A stretch of 64,000 nt of DNA, taken from the NCBI GenBank assembly GCA_964600365.1, contig CAZRJG010000002.1, positions 36,180-100,179 of the forward strand. The letters run 5' to 3'. Under the pieces are notes generated by a model. The model saw only the letters and a list, made by a program, of their open reading frames with translations, was not told where the DNA came from and did not search any database. This DNA comes from an uncultured Acidimicrobiia bacterium (lineage in GTDB: Bacteria; Actinomycetota; Acidimicrobiia; Spongiisociales; JAENVV01). Below are positions 63,484-64,000 of the stretch, in pieces. Position 1 is the first letter of the stretch, and each line of letters begins with the position of its first letter. A program made the translations under genes and the position numbers.

Positions 63484-64000
63484 GGGCTCTTCGCCTCGTC
63501 GTCCGACGTTCGATCTTTCGCGTCTGGCTCCTCGGCGTCCTCGGCCTCCCCCTCATCTTCATCGCGGTGGACTACGTGTGGGGAACCTTCGGGTTCCTCG
63601 ATCTGCTCGGTTCGTGGGCGTACGGCGCGAAGGACGTCGAGGCATTCGAACCCCGCGACGACGTGCTGGTGGCGATCCTCGGGTCGCTCGGGATCGCCTG
63701 CACCGGCTTCACCCTCAAAGAGGTCATCGCGCCCCGCCGACTCCTCGTCGCCGACGACGACGGGGTGCACATCCCCCTCCGGGGTCCCCTCCGCGGCACC
63801 GACGGGATCTCCTGGTACCAGGTGAAGGAACTGCGCGCCGAGGACGACGCGCTCCTCATCGAGGTCCAGTCCCGGGGCGACCTCCCCGAGGACCCCTGGG
63901 GCGCCCGATGGATCGATGACCACACCCTCCGCCTCGACAGCACGTGGTGGGACCGATCGCCCGAGTCCGTACTCGGCAGGGTGCAAGCGCTCGGCTTCCG
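63480..64000 (+). CDS. Hypothetical membrane protein, 3'-truncated at window edge
   Basis: Open frame from a GTG overlapping the pyrE stop, with no stop before the window end. Two N-terminal TM segments are followed by a soluble region. The frame is absent from the ORF track, probably because it has no stop in the window. Confidence 0.4.
   Translation, partial: MRALRLVVRRSIFRVWLLGVLGLPLIFIAVDYVWGTFGFLDLLGSWAYGAKDVEAFEPRDDVLVAILGSLGIACTGFTLKEVIAPRRLLVADDDGVHIPLRGPLRGTDGISWYQVKELRAEDDALLIEVQSRGDLPEDPWGARWIDDHTLRLDSTWWDRSPESVLGRVQALGF

Noticed and set aside
1-64000. CRISPR arrays, rRNA genes, insertion sequences with terminal inverted repeats, group II introns or retrons
   Set aside because: No regularly spaced direct repeats, no 16S/23S/5S signatures, no transposase or reverse-transcriptase-like ORFs were seen. 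The only interspersed repeats are the tRNA-derived att repeats, the 11-mer tandems and the M23-linker repeats.

Overview
This 64 kb window is a high-GC (about 70%) chromosomal segment typical of Actinomycetota, with WhiB, LprG/P55, an F420-type LLM oxidoreductase, bS22 and GTG/TTG starts. Gene density is high and many adjacent genes overlap by 4 nt, which suggests translational coupling.

I can support about 75 coding genes, two tRNAs (Pro-CGG on the minus strand, Gly-CCC on the plus strand), one degenerate pseudo-tRNA-Gly fragment and several regulatory palindromes.

Main content, in order:
- The 3' part of glutamine synthetase, followed by a GlnR-like atypical OmpR regulator.
- Cysteine synthase.
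- A divergent Fe-S maturation pair, ErpA/HesB and Mrp/ApbC.
- A secreted M23 peptidase with a Thr-rich linker encoded by 40-bp direct repeats.
- An MBL hydrolase and FxsA.
- The selenocysteine insertion genes selA and selB.
- WhiB, then a DUF4242 protein with a SARP regulator.
- A roughly 2.1 kb decayed integrative element at the 3' end of tRNA-Pro. It carries a BrnT/BrnA-like toxin-antitoxin operon, a truncated ABC-2 permease, a truncated tyrosine integrase, and 45-bp att-like direct repeats with arm-like tandem 11-mers inside both ends.
- A single-domain response regulator with a CNNM/CorC gene.
- purF and purM, then lnt and an inositol monophosphatase.
- A zinc locus, zur-znuC divergent from znuA-znuB, with a Zur-box palindrome between them.
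- Nitroreductase, msrB and an Asp/Glu racemase.
- A copper operon, csoR-copZ-copA.
- MFS transporters.
- lprG with a P55-like MFS pump and a 30-aa bS22 gene.
- Phosphohexomutase, thrB, PhzF and a CrtI-like oxidoreductase.
- A peroxiredoxin-like protein.
- A NarL-type two-component system.
- A diheme cytochrome c.
- dcd.
- The dnaB-rplI-rpsR-ssb-rpsF cluster.
- nfo with azlC and azlD.
- A PAS protein with a degenerate GGDEF domain.
- pyrE.

The most system-like unexplained object is the tRNA-Pro island with its toxin-antitoxin module. All calls rest on reading the six-frame translations and the DNA by eye; no searches were run.
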